DNA of 64,000 nt from Camelus dromedarius (Eukaryota): NCBI RefSeq assembly GCF_036321535.1, contig NC_087437.1, forward strand, positions 101,744,001 to 101,808,000. Direction: 5' to 3'. Below the pieces are notes generated by a model. It was given only the letters and a program-made list of their open reading frames with translations, was not told the origin of the DNA and searched no databases. Shown here piece by piece: positions 25,181-38,894 of this stretch (position 1 is its first letter; every line of letters starts with the position of its first letter). The translations under genes and the position numbers were made by a program.

Positions 25181-26030
25181 TAGACACATGAAAAGATGCT
25201 AAATATTGCTATTTATCAGAGAAATGGAAATCAAAACTGCAATGAGATATCAGCTCATACCAGTCAGAATGGCCATTATTAAAAAGTCCACAACCAATAA
25301 ATGCTGGAGAGGGTGTGGAGAAAAGGGCACCCTCCTACAGTGCTGGTGGGTTTGGTGCAGCCATTATGGAAAACAGTATAGAGTTTCTTTAAAAAGCTAA
25401 ACACAGAGTTATCATATGATCCAGTAATTCTATTCTTGGGCATATATTCAGAGAAAACTTCAATTAGAAGAGATACAACATTCACCCCAATGTTTCTAGC
25501 AGCACTATTTACAATAGCCAAGACATGGAAACAACCCAAATGTCCATAGACAGATGAATAAAGAAGTTGTGGTATATATATATATGAATATATATAAAAG
25601 AATGAAATAATAACATTTGCAGCAACATGGATGGACCTAGAGATTATCAGACTAAGTGTAGTAATTCAGACAGAGAAAGACAAATACCATATGATATCAC
25701 TTATATGTGGAATCTAAAAAATTGAGACAAATGAACTTATTTACAAAACAGAAACAGATTCATAGACATAGAAAACAAATTTATGGTTTCCAAAGGGAAA
25801 AGGGGGAGAGGGATAAATTTGGAGTTTGGGATTTGCAGATACAAACTACCATATATAAAATAGATTAAAAAAACAAGGTCCTACAATATAACATAGGAAA
25901 CTATATTCAATATCTTGTAATAACCTATAATGGAAAAGAATATGTGTATATATATGTATGACTGAATCACTATGCTGTACACCAAAAACCAACACAATAT
26001 TGTAAATCAACTATACTTCAATTAAAAAAA
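25181..26030 (+). mobile_element. 5'-truncated LINE-1 3' end
   Basis: ORF2 C-terminal ([24 protein letters not shown]) plus 3' UTR ending ctatacttcaattaaaaaaa. Degenerate TSD aaaatatatttga/aaaaagtatttgg. Confidence 0.95.
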
Positions 26031-28421
26031 AGTATTTGGACACCAAAAAGTAAACAATTTAGAAGTCTAACCCAGTATTTATCATACAGATACAAATATC
26101 TGAAAATCCCAAGGTTGAAAATACTTGTAAAGATAACAGTAGACACCTCTCAGTAATTTACTTGTTATGTGGAAGAAAGAGATAACATTCACACATTTAT
26201 CCTAAAGTCTATTTTATGAATGGGACTAAGAGCAAAAGGTTGAGACAGGATCTCATTGTCTACGGTACCTCTGGGTCGGCTTCATACGGCATAATGCATA
26301 ATGTATATTGCATTAATGCACATTTAACTCATCTTAGTGCGCCTTACAAATAATATGATGCTTAGCATTGCAGACAAAATGGAAATATTTGTATTTCAGA
26401 CTTTGGAAAATTAATTTCTCATTCTCTTAGGGCCAAAATGTAATCTCAACACTTCTACTCTTGCTGGTGTACCCAACTAAACACAGTAAAATAAGAAACA
26501 CTGTGCATTACCAATGATTAGAAATTGTTTCATAACTGAATTCCACGTTCATTCAGTCAGAGGCATTTCAATCCAGAGCACATGGTTCTGGGGAGTGAGT
26601 ATGGGGAGAAAGCAGAAGAAAATCTGCATTGCGTATGCTTATTCCAGAGTTGAGTATTCTTACAGGGAATGCTCTATTATGGCTTCTTTTCACTGATTAG
26701 GAAGCCTGTATTTTCAGTTCAAAAGCCCCCTGCAATTTGAGAGTACAAGGAAAAGCGCCCACTAGTGAAGTGACTTGCCAGCCCATTGAAGTTCAATTTG
26801 AGCATGGAAGGCAACTCTGGGGAGAGCCACGTCACTCTGGTCTGTGAAGATATCTATATGCCCTGAGCTGGTAGGAGGTACAGGGAAATGATGGCAGAAC
26901 CACGGGGTACCTTTGATTCACAATAAGATACTGCCTCTTTTAGAATGAAAAGCCACCTGTTGTTTGTCAAAAGGTACTACTTACTGATTATTGCTTTACA
27001 TATTAATGCAAAGAACCCTTGGAAATAGTCTCCTGCGCAGCTGCTGAAAGTCAGTCTTTCACCTGTCTCCAGTAGGGCAAACTTAAAAAAAAAATGTTTT
27101 GTACAGCCAGTAGAGAATGCTTCTTTCTTTAAAGAAATCAGAGCCGTCTGCTGGGGGCAATGAAGGGGTGACGATATCGGGAGTACTGAGTTGCTTATTG
27201 CCAAGCACAGAAAAATGCTAATAAGATCCATGCTGAGAAAAGCTCTCACTCATCAGGGTGCATCATTGCAGACATTAAGCTTAGGCTGTGAATTGCTGTT
27301 AGCTAAAACTGGAGAAAGCCTAACGAGAACTGTGCTAAAAAGCATCTCCAGTCACCCTGCGAATTGCTGTCTGGGGGCCTGAGGTTTGCTGTATTGTTTT
27401 AGAAATGATTTACATAGCATAATTTATCTGGTGAACTTGGTAAATCTATCACTACATGATCAAGATATACTTATATTGATAAGTTATTTGCTGAGAAATA
27501 TAAAATGCTAAAGAATAATTCTATGATTTGATTAATAATCAAATGCATGAATGCAGGCACGTTAATTATACACAAAATAATCCAGTGTTTGCTCTGTGAG
27601 GTTCTGAATCTCAATGAAATGAGATGAACATGAGACTGAAGAAAATCTGAACGTAGTCGTTTCCCAGTTTTTCAAATGAAATTTTGGGTAAGGCCATCAA
27701 GAAAATTGACCCTCGTCCATTTTTGACATGACAATATATACCATCTATAACTGAGGCAATTTGCAAACAGGTAGACTCTCAGCCTTTTTTGTTTTATGGG
27801 AAATGAAACAGATACTAGCATAAAGGATCCAATTCAAAAAGTAACTGTACTGAATGCTGATGATGGTATAATTCTTGTTATTTTAACACCGCTGCTTGGC
27901 CTATGCATTTCTGTTCAAGTGCACTTTGTAAGAGCGCACCAGGTCAGGTGGTAATCAACGAGATGCTGGGGGAAACCGAGCACAGTGGAGCCCCTGATGT
28001 TGCTTAAGAGGCCTGGGTTAAGATGTGCTAATGCACACAGTTCATTTTAATTGGCAACAACTGTTGAGATTATCTGATATACATGAAAAATATTTTTCAC
28101 TTTCTATATAAAATTCTGATTTAAAACATGCCTTCTAGTGCAATCAGGGAGACATCAATAGAGAGGTAGTTTAGGGTAGTGAAACTTAAGGAAATCTGAA
28201 TTATATTCTCTGTTCATTTGCTAATTAGCTTCCCTTGGGGGAATAACTTCAGTTGTGTGTATGTCAATTTTGTTTTAAATAGAGGTCTCCACCATTCATT
28301 AAAATTTCAAACCTATAATAATGTGTAGATTCTAAATATAGGCAGGGAATTCAGTTTCTCCCTCACTCATTTGATAGTTCAGAAATAGAAGTGTTTTAAA
28401 CTTTTTCTGTGAGTGTGTTGA

Positions 28422-28422
<1 letters not shown>

Positions 28423-28467
<45 letters not shown>
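28423..28467. repeat. (GT)n(GA)n compound microsatellite
   Basis: Directly visible. Confidence 0.95.
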
Positions 28468-28692
28468 GGTGATCTGGAAATGTCCTAGCTATGAAAATAA
28501 TTAATGTTCTTGATCTTCAATGTTGGGTTTTCTATTTCTCCATTATATTATTTCCTTCTATGTTTTCCACAATGATTAAGAAACCTGCTTAGGATTGAGA
28601 TAGGAAATGTAGCTTTGTTCAAAAGCAAATTTTAACTTTCAGTTCTCCATCTTAAATTTAACCAATCCATTCAAAACTTCTGATCTGTACCC

Positions 28693-29175
28693 TGTAAAAG
28701 AAATACTGCACTGGGCATGTGTTAAAAACACCAAAGGGAAACTTTACTTAAGACTACTGCAATGGGGCAGAGAGACTTAACTCCGTTGAAACAGAACACA
28801 AGGATTTCAAGCCTGGGATTGTTTAGTAGACAAGTACTAGAAGACTTCATGTGGAAAGCTGACCAACATGATTAGACCATCTATGTTCACTATTTGTCCT
28901 CTACCTAAGTTAGGCTCCTACCCTCCCACAGGGACTGGGACACAGGGGTCCTAACTTTCTTAATGGTGTATGTCAAAGGGATGGCTCCCAGGTTATTGAG
29001 AAAGACAGTCCTGAGTTGTAGAAGAACTGCACCTTAAAGGGGCAGAGAAAGAATGTACAACTGCAAGTTTTCTAGAGTAAATGCTCTAAGGAAAGGGAAG
29101 CTGGAGACCTAAAGTCAGGAAGAAGCCTGTCTGAAGTTTGGTCAAGCTGAGAATGTTGAGGCCATCCTGGTCTCA
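28693..29175 (-). mobile_element. Old ERV1 LTR (MER89/MER110-like)
   Basis: aaaggggcagagaaagaatgtacaactgcaagttttctagagtaaatgctctaag...agtcaggaagaagcctgtctgaagtttggtcaagctgag. Family name recalled from memory. Confidence 0.7.
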
Positions 29176-29199
29176 TCACAGGTGGAAATTTGCCCTAAC

Positions 29200-29702
29200 A
29201 GTGTTATTAAATGCTATCAAATTCAGGGGCAGGAGATTTTTCCCTTCTAAGAGTCTTTGGCTGATCTAAAAATTAAATTGACATAAGACAGAGTAACAGG
29301 AGGAAAACAGACTTAATTTCATACATGGAGGGGGGTATACCATAAAAATATGAGACTCAGACGTAGTCAGGCAATTGAGGGTTATATACCACCCTAATCT
29401 AAAGACTGGAAGAGGGGCCTGGGGCTTCTGTGGGGAGAAGGGCAGTTCACATGAAGATGAGGAAAGGAAGCATTTAGTCATCAGGTGTTCTCCCTGCTAC
29501 GCAGATAATTCTTTCAGGTTAAGAAAAAAAAGTTACCTTTGGTAATAACTCTCTTTCTAGAACAGATTTTCTGTACTTTTAGGCAGTTAAGAGAGGTAAA
29601 AAGCTTTTATTAAGTCTGCTGCATCTTGATTGGATTCAGCTCAAAATAATCCACACGCTGAAGTGTCAGATTTGGGGGTGGTATATTCTACTTTGCTCTT
29701 CA
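29200..29702 (-). mobile_element. ERV1 LTR (MER34-like)
   Basis: aattaaattgacataagacagagtaacaggag, and the end ttcagctcaaaataatcc...tttgggggtggtatattct...cttca. Confidence 0.75.
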
Positions 29703-29747
29703 CAACAAAAGGCTCTCTCTTTCCATGTCTCTCTTTGTCTCTCTGTC

Positions 29748-29778
29748 TCTCACACACATACACTTGCACGTGCGTGCG

Positions 29779-29816
<38 letters not shown>
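29748..29816. repeat. (CA)n microsatellite with a CG/TG alternating head
   Basis: gcacgtgcgtgcgtgcgcgcacacaca..., a long alternating purine-pyrimidine tract. Confidence 0.95.
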
Positions 29817-29818
<2 letters not shown>

Positions 29819-30139
29819 TGGGTTGATCATGTTGGTAGGAAGATCAGAAGAAAACACCCATGACATCTGAGTCCTTCTGTCAAATCTCCTGACGTAAAAG
29901 CTTTCTCTGGTGGAGCGGTCTAACTGAAGGAATGTGGCAGGAAAGAAAGATCAGGAATGTTCTCTGAAAAACTGCTTTCATTTGAGAAATATGCAAATTC
30001 CCCATAAGCTTAAAAAGAAATGAAAATTTGGGCACTATCACTTATTACTAATTCAGAGCCATAATCAAAGAAAAACACGAGGTTTATATAAAATAAATGG
30101 ATTAATACCCTTTCCTAATTATATCCTCTGTCATTTTTG

Positions 30140-30830
30140 GATTTGGATTTTTTATCTCATCATGGATGGTATTTTTCTTCTTTGTATCTTGAGCTATTTT
30201 TTTTTATTGGATTCTGAACTCATCTGCATACATTTAAATATTCTGGTATTTTTTCCAGAGCCCAGTTACATTTCTTAAAAGCAGTTCAATCAACTTACGA
30301 TTTGCTTTTGAGGTTTTATTAGGTGGCAACATGACAGCCTTGAATTTAAGGCTAAGTTGGCCCCATTACTGAGGCAATGATTACCTTGTGTTAGGAAGAC
30401 TTGCCAGGTGTGTGTGGTCTCCAGTAGTTTTTATTCCTACTTCACTGTGGTCCTTCATGTAGTTCCTGCCATGCACACAAAGACTCTGGGGAACTTCTGC
30501 AGATCTAGGGACTCTTTCTCTCTGTGCAAGCCTTTAACCTCTGGTAGTTTGTCTCCCTGTGCTCTGAATTCAGTAAGATCTCTGGGCTGGCTTTCTTTGA
30601 GCTCCATCCCCTTCCTGCAGTGTGGCTGAGAAATTCTTCATGCAGTGAACTGGGCACTTATCCTCACTTGGTTTATGTCTCTTCTCTCAAACATTACTGT
30701 TCTGAGCTGTCTTTTGTCCAATGGCTGAAAACCATTATTTCATCTATTTTATGTATTACTTTAGGTATTTAATGTGGAAAGATAAATCTTATCCTTATTA
30801 CTTTGCCATGACTATAAATCTCATCATTGG
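30140..30830 (-). mobile_element. Ancient L1/HAL1 5'-region relic
   Basis: Degenerate blocks such as ccccattactgaggcaat and ggctgaaaaccattatttcatctatttt. Confidence 0.45.
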
Positions 30831-31149
30831 TGTTTCATATAGCATTTGTAAATGTATGGAGAAAGCAAAGTGCCAAAGTAAAGATTGGTAAAAGCGAATC
30901 TAAGAGAAGCAATAAATATTTAATTTCGTATAGTTCCCCCATGATTTGGTTTAGTGCAATTAAATTTTTGGACTACACAAAATAACACTGTTCACATTTT
31001 GTTCCATAGAATATATGCTTTAAGAAATTTTAGATGTTTATGTGGGGACAATACTTTCAAATACACATTGCAAATGATGCCTTCTAAGTCTCATTGTTCA
31101 GGAGTCACCGTAAGTAGTTGGATATTTACCATCTGTGTGACCTTAGATA

Positions 31150-31776
31150 AGTCACATCTCTCTCTCTATCCATGTTGTACATCACATCACTAGTACTTCT
31201 TTTTCTTTAAACTGGAAATTTGTACCTTATGACCATCTTCATCCAGTTCCCTTCCCCCACCACTCCTTCTGGTGACCACAAATCCAATCTCTCTCTTTTT
31301 TTTTTAATGAGCTTATCTGTTTGCTTGTTTTTAAAGTGTAATTGATCTATAACACTATGTTAGCCCCTGGTGTACAACAGTGATTCATTATATTTGTATA
31401 TTATAAAATGATCACTATGATAATTCTAGATACCATCTGTCACCATGCAAAGATACTACCCTTGCTATGTATTTCGTGTCTGTGCCTCATTTATTTTGTA
31501 AATGGATGTTTGTACCTCTTAATCTCTTTCATTTATTTTTCTAATCCTCCCACCTCCCTCCCCCTCTGACAATCTCGTTTGTTCTCTGTATCTATGACTC
31601 TGTTCCTGTTTTGTTATGTGTTCATTTCTTTTGTCTTATAGATTCCACATACAAGTGAGGTTTGTATGGTATTTTTCTTTCTCTGTCTGACTTATTTCAC
31701 TAAGCATAATATCCTCTTGGTCCATCCACATTGTTCCAAATGGCAAGATTTCATTCTCGTTCATGGCTGAGTAGTA

Positions 31777-31813
<37 letters not shown>

Positions 31814-33556
31814 TCTTTTTTCATTCATCTGATGGAAATTAATCTTGCTTCCACACATCGGATACTGTAAATAATGCTACAATGAACATAGGGGTACATA
31901 TATCTTTTCAAATGGAATGGAATTACTGGATCATACAATTATATTTTTAATTTTTTAAGGAACCTCCATAATTTTCCATAGTGGCTGCAACCAACTTCAC
32001 AGCTACCAACAGTGCATGAGGGTTATTTTTTTCTCCACATTCTCCTCAACACTTGTTATTTCCTGTCTTTTTGATAATAGCCATTCTGACAGGTGAGGCG
32101 ATGTCTCATTGTAGTTTTGGTTTGCACTTCCCTGATGATTAATGGTGTTGAGCATCTTTTCATGTGTCTGCTGTCCATCTTCTTTGGAAGGTCCTATGCA
32201 CATTATTTTAAGAGGGTTTTTTTTTTAAGTTGAAATTCATGAATTCTTTCTATATTTAGGATATTAACCCCTTATGAGATATGTCACTTGCAAATATCTT
32301 CTATTCAGTAGGTAGGCTTCTTGTTTTGTTGATAATGCCATTCACTCTGTGAAAGCTTTTCAGTTTTATGTAATTTCATCTTTATTTTTGCTCTTATTGC
32401 CCTTGTCTGAGGATGAAGATCCAAAAAATACTGCTAAGACAGGTGTCAAAGAACTTAGTGACTGTTTTCTTCTACAAGTTTTATAGTTTCAGGTCTCACA
32501 TTTAAGTAATTAATTCATTTTGAGTTTATTTTTGTATATAGTGTGATAAAATAGCCCACTGTGATTCTTTTCCAGTTTTTCCAACAAATTTTTTGAAGAG
32601 GCTGTCTTATTCCCATTGTATAACCTTGCCTCCTTTGTCATAGATAATTAATCACATAAATGTGAGTTTATTTCTAGGCTGTCTATTTTGTCTCATTGAT
32701 CTATTTGTCTGTTTTTATGCCAGTATCATGCTGTCTTGATTACTGTAGCTTTGTAGTATAGTTTGAAATCAGAGAACATGACACATCTAACTTTGTTCTT
32801 CTTTCTCAAGATTGTTTTACGTATTTGGAGTCTTAAGAGTTTCTGCATAAATTTTAGAATTATTTATTATTGTTCTGTGAAAAATGCCTCTGGTATTTTG
32901 AGAGGGATTGCATGTAATCCACAGACTGCCTTGGATATTATTATCATTTCAACAATATTAATTTTCCAATCCATAAGCATGCTATATCTTTCCATTTGTT
33001 TGTGTCATCCTTCAGTTTCTTTCATCAGTGTCTTACAGTTTTATGGGTACAAGTCTTTTATGCCCCTCAGATTTATTCTTAGGTATTATATTATTTTTGA
33101 TGCAGTTGTAAATGGGATTGTTTTCTTAATTTCTCTTTCTAATAGTTTGCTGTTTTGTGTATAGAAATAAAACAGACTTCTGTATATTAATTTTGTATAC
33201 TGCAACTTTACTGAATGCATTGATGAGCTCTTATAGTTTTTTGGTGGTACCTCTCGGATTTTCTATCATGGAGTTTTTTAATTTCTAGGATTTTTACAGT
33301 AACATATCATCTATAAACAGTGACAGTGTTACTTCTTCCTTTCCAGTTTAGATTTATTCCTTTTTCTCTCTGATTTCTGTGGCTAGGGCTTCCAATATTA
33401 TGTTGAATAGATGTGCTGAGAGTGGACATCCTGTCTTGTTCCTGATCTTAGAGAAAATACTTCTACCTTTTCACTATTGAGTATGACGTTAGCTGTGGTT
33501 TTGTCATGTATGGCTATTATTATGCTGAGGTATGCTTTCTCTGTACTAACTTTGTT
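31150..33556 (-). mobile_element. LINE-1 fragment (~2.4 kb of ORF2 3' half plus 3' UTR)
   Basis: Antisense ORF2 blocks (gataatagccattctgacaggtgagg, cttgattactgtagctttgtagtatagtttgaaatc, gagagtggacatcctgtcttgttcctgatcttagag). Confidence 0.95.
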
Positions 33557-33774
33557 TCACTGATCATCTTGCTACAGTGGCTTCTATTTATTTAGTGTAT
33601 GGGAGCGGGAAACTGAAATGTACTAAACTACTATGAACTAACAATAACATGTAAAAGAAAGGAAAAAAGTAAACCATTATTTTCAATTATATTCAAAAGT
33701 TAGATTCACAAAAACAAAATTTTACTTTACTTCTGATACAAGGTGGCCATAATATCTGGACATTCAAGTAATTA

Positions 33775-33905
33775 TTTATATGTATATCATATAAGCAGTA
33801 TAAAATATATAATATAATATAAATATATAATATAAAATATAAAATATATAATATAAATAAGTAATATGAATGTATATTACATACAATTTTACACATTATA
33901 TATGT
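33775..33905. repeat. AT-rich low-complexity (TATAA-like) tract
   Basis: ataaaatatataatataatataaatatataatataaaatataaaatatata. Confidence 0.85.
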
Positions 33906-34639
33906 ATGAAATATGGTTTGATATTTAACAAAATACATCAATACCTTGTATCTTCAATATATGATTAATATGTGTTCTCTCATTAGCAAAACATAATTCA
34001 GTCATATATTGCACCTGGGCATATGTGCAACTCTGAGTACCCTCAGATGATTTGTGTCTCTGTTTTCATTGCATAAACCTGTTTCTTTAGCATAACTCAG
34101 AAGTATTAAAGGGGTTTTTAAGTTGATATAAAAAAACCCTAACATCCATATTTTTTATATTTAAGGCAAGTATTTAAATTACTTTTCCATACAATTTAAA
34201 AAAATAAGCTAAAATGATTACTAGTCTAATATCAAATATACATTAAAAGCCTATTTTAAAACACTGTGGTAATTTTTAGTAAAGTATAAGAGTTCTATTA
34301 TATAGTTACATCATACACACCAAATTCATTATCCAATGAGTTAAATAATACTATTCTTGTCAAAAGAATTAAATGTTAGAATGTTTTTATCTCGGAGCAG
34401 TTAAAAAATATTTATTTATAATATTTTTTGTTACCAATTAGCTATGATAGCTATCTTCCTAATAAAACTAAGTTTTTCCAGTGTAATTCGCATTTGTTAT
34501 TTTTTGTGCATCCAATAGGTAGACCCCTTAGCTTTACTTCTGCTAAATAGGAGTTTGGAGATCTCCATTTTTACGTATTTGGACCATACATTTTTGGTGG
34601 GGATCTATCTTACAAATGCATATCTAAGGAAAACACTTT

Positions 34640-35017
34640 ACCTTATTCCCTTGGCCACAGTGATTGCTTCAGGTACTGTTACATGGTCCAATCAGAGCAA
34701 AAAGTTCTTGATAAGAACTCTGGGTAAGAAACTCTTATTGTTATCCCTAACACATTACACATAAATGTTGCAAGGCTGCAGTTGAGTCTGCTATATTTTT
34801 ACCTGATAATAAAACTACCACAGTGAAAGCCAATACTGAGAGATGGATAGAAACTGACTCAAGATAACTCAAGATAACAAAATTGAGCCCTGAAGCCAGC
34901 CATGATTTATGTCGGCCTATCCAGTGAAAATTTCAACGTATGTGAAAAGAAATGTACTTTTGCTTAGGCCAGTTAACATTAGTTTTTGTTTGGTAAGCAA
35001 AAAGCAGAAACTGACAC
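34640..35017 (+). mobile_element. Old MaLR LTR (MLT1J/K/L-like)
   Basis: cccttggccacagtgattg...ggtccaatcagagc...tgcttaggccagtt...ctgacac. Confidence 0.6.
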
Positions 35018-35559
35018 CCTTGGCTGGATTTACTGTCTCTTCCCATAGTCTCCTGCTCAAGGAATTAGCCAATATTGGGAGAATGGTCAATACCTACTGT
35101 CAGGTGGGTTCACAGGTAGGGTGGTAAATAAGGGGGTTGAAAACCAGAGCTAATACAATGGGCTCCCACTGACTAGAGAATTGATACTTAAAAATAAAAG
35201 TTTTCCACTTGAAGTGTGGGTCAGAGAAGAACAAGCTCAGATGGAGGCTGTAATGAGCAGTAATTACAGAGTGTGAGGACTGAGACTTTTCAACTTGGTA
35301 TGTATACTTTCCTGCGACCTTCCCTTATCACAGCTCTTGTTCTTCACAGGGGCAGATTTCAGCTTTTTCTCTTCATGACTACATAAACTTCTATTATTTG
35401 AGGTAAATTAACCAGTCTGCTTCAGGGAAAAAATAGCCTAATTAAAATCATTTATTTTGATGCCATATGGATTTTTAGTTTCCAAATATATGTTTGTACT
35501 TTATGTAATTGAAATAGTAGCAATAACCTTTTAAAATTCATTTTATTATTCTAATTTGA

Positions 35560-35890
35560 GGATTATTTGGGCATGGTGGTGATGGTTACATGAGTGTAGG
35601 CCTTTGTCAAAATTCATAAACATATATACTACAGAAGGTGAATTAAATTTTACTAAATAAAATCATATATTGAAAAAATTGCACAGGTGGTCATCATTAG
35701 CAAAGTCATCATCACTTTACTATGGTTCTTGTAATTTGCCTCCAGTGATAGGATGAAGTGTGGGTAGGGTTACCAATGATGCAAAATGGTGTAATACTCA
35801 TAATTGTTGAAGCTGGGTGATGGATACATGGAAGTTCATTATAATGTTTTAATTTAATCTGTACATGTTTTAAGTTTCCATAATGAAAGC
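35560..35890 (+). mobile_element. L1MC/ME 3' end fragments
   Basis: ggtgatggttacatgagtgta...tgtcaaaattcat and ataattgttgaagctgggtgatggatacatggaagttcattat. Confidence 0.7.
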
Positions 35891-36164
35891 ACATCATAGC
35901 AAAACAGACACACACACACACCAAACAAAAATATTATTTAAACAATGCCTGAGGAATTATCAAAACTAGAAAGATGCCAGTCCTAAAGGTTTATTTAATG
36001 TTCTCTAGATTATTTGTCCAAGATATAGCTAAATTTGTCTAAAATTCACCAATATCAAGTAATATAAGGGATGAAGTTAAGTCTTTATTCTGGGCAAGGA
36101 TACGAAAACATCTAAAAAGACAAGCAAACTACTTTTGCAGGTGTCTAGGGAAAAACCAGTAACA

Positions 36165-36380
36165 TAATAGAATGGTGAGAGTTGAGCAAACTTAGAATCT
36201 AAAATTCTGTGTTTGATTTTATCACTTACCAGCTGTGTGAGCTTATGGAAGTAATTTAACCTCTCCAAGGACTGGTTTCATCAATAAAATGTCAATGAGA
36301 CACTTGTCTCAAAGATTGTTTTGAGGAACAACTGGAGTAATGCACGCAAGAGCTATTTGTAAAACTGAAGTTATAGTTAT
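36165..36380 (+). mobile_element. MIR SINE
   Basis: cacttaccagctgtgtgagcttatggaagtaatttaacctctc...tttcatcaataaaatg. Confidence 0.75.
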
Positions 36381-38515
36381 TATTCATTCTTATTTTGTGT
36401 CTTAGAAACTTTTTTGAATAGAAATGCATAACCAGCAACTTGCTCCCTTATTCTGTGATTTGTAAAGAATTCAAAATGTTTGAAAGTGTCCTCTTTTATC
36501 TAATATTTTTCTTTTTGATTTTGTAGTTCACAGACAGCAACAGTCAATTACTACCCTAGTTCCAAATGCTTTCATAAAGCCCTTCTGTTTGCTCAGAACA
36601 AATAACCTGAACTGAGAAATAAATTGTTGATTAAAATATGGCAGAGCACAAAGTATTTTATAAAAGTACGTAGACTGCATTGTCCAATACATCAATCTAT
36701 TTCACTGAGAATGCATAAGAGGAGAATGGTGTTCTTTATAAAAGATTCACATACATCACTGATTTTGTCAATTGTATGTTAGTAAGGAATAGATTATAGA
36801 CAGCTCTTGGGGAGACAGATGTGATATTGAAAGACAGATGAAATTGGTGTCAGAATACTTGGGCTGAGATCTTTACTCTTCTAATTGCTGATTATCTGAC
36901 CACAAATATTCACCTACTTTTTAGAGCCTTAAATCCCTGTTATTCAGAAGAGGAACTGTGTTTGCTACTTTAAGGACTGTGATAAACATTTTATTAACCA
37001 ATAAATGTATCTCCTCTAAAATATATTTGCATTAAATTTAATAGATACTAAATGCATTAATGAAAAATTTACTTTTTGCTTTTGTCTCCCTCTTTAGACA
37101 TGATTCTTTCAATCTGAAAAAATAGTAAAATATTTTGATCAATTTTATCAGGTTTTATCAAAGAGACTTCATCACCAAGAGTAGTTAAATGATCTAAATA
37201 TGCTACGTATCTTCTGTGATTATGAAATTATAACATTTATTATAAAACTATGGGAAATTTTTTTGAGCAAAATTTTGTTTAAAAAACCTTAGCTTCTGCA
37301 ACAAATCCCAAGCTACAGTGTTATTAAGATAAATATCCATATAAAATATATGTTAATGAACAGAATATATATTAATACACAGAATAGGTGTATGTTTCTG
37401 CCTTTGCCCATCATTATAATTTCTCATATGTAAAAAAATCACTTGACCTATGTGATAGATAAAAAGCACCTACAAGAAGTAAATTTATATTTTCTATGGC
37501 CTAATAATACTCTATTTTAAATTCTATTCTAACTTATGTAATTAAAATTTACAATCTAAGTTTTAAAGTGAAATATGTCTTTATTAGTAGTGTCAGAAAG
37601 GCATAGTCATGTGTACTATACACTATATCTCTGATTGTATTGTCATGCTGGAAATAAAAATAGAAACAAGTACATTATCTTTTGATAAATAGTCACAAAG
37701 ACACAAGATGGCAGTGCTAGTTTTTATGAGTTCTGGAATTATGGCAATGCACTTACAAACTTGTAATGCATTTTTCTTTTTTCTTCTTGGTACTTGTAAG
37801 GAAGCTTTCATCTCCATGCATAAACTTTCACCAGTTTTGTGGAATTAAAAAAAAATTGCTAATAGGAGTTATCTATCTATCCATCTATCTATTTATCTAT
37901 CAATGTATCAATTTATTTTTTGGCAGCCATGGCATTTAGTAAAAGTACTTCATCTTTAAAAAACTTTAGCTTCCTCATCCATATAATGAGCATATTGGTC
38001 TAGATAACCTTTAAGTTTCTTCCACTTCTGGATATTTATAACACTTATTAAATTAAGAGTTGTACATTTCAAATGAACTTTGCTATACCTTAATGAGTAA
38101 ACGTATTCAGAATTGGAGACAACAGTGCTGGTGTGCTTACTCCCTGTTCAGTGGGTGAGTAAAGATCCATGGTGACTAGGGCGACTCATTCTTCAACAGA
38201 TCTGGAATATTTAGGTTCCTCTAACTTTCATGTACAAACAAATATATTTGTATCATTTAACATTTTAATACCATTGTTAGGCAATCTGTGTTAAAGCATA
38301 CATAATATACCATTTCATTTTAATAAAGTGTCAGGCATGGAAACTGCCAACTTCCCATTTTTCCCGTCCTCAAATAACTCCTTCTCTCTAATTCTGCTGA
38401 TTTTAGAGGAATTGATGACTGTTTTCTTTTTCCAGAGGTAGTAATGGTAGCATTTTATTCACTTCACATTTTTTGTTTTTTTTCCTTCAGGAAATTGTAG
38501 TCTTGGGTTTTTCTC

Positions 38516-38872
38516 TGTCTTTGTCTCTTTGGGCTGCTATAACAAAATACCATAGACTGGAATGGCTTACAAACAAGAGAAATTTATTTCTCCCAGTTCT
38601 GGAGACCGGTAGCCTAAGATCAAGGCACCAGCAGATTTGGAATCTGGTGAGAAATTGCTTCCTGGTTCGTAGATAATCATCTTTTTGTGGTATCCTCACA
38701 TGAAGGAAGGGGCAAGCAAACTCCTTGGCATCTATTTTGTCAGGACACTGATCCCATTCATAAGGGCTCTATCCTTATAACCTATCACTCTCCAAAGACC
38801 ACCACCTTCAAATACCACATCAACAGGGAGTAACACTTAACATAATTCGGGACACAACATTCAGCCTGTAGC
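38516..38872 (-). mobile_element. MaLR solo LTR (MLT1A-like)
   Basis: gggctgctataacaaaataccatagactgg...aaatttatttctcccagttctggag...ggacacaacattcagcctgtagc. Confidence 0.9.
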
Positions 38873-38894
38873 TTTTTCTATTCTTGCATGTTTA

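Noticed and set aside
32763..33164. 133-aa ORF
   Set aside because: Antisense reading of L1 ORF2.
25181..33556. Oppositely oriented L1 3' ends as a dsRNA pair (also 48861 and 52759)
   Set aside because: Expected at this L1 density. The copies are several kb apart and appear to be from different subfamilies.
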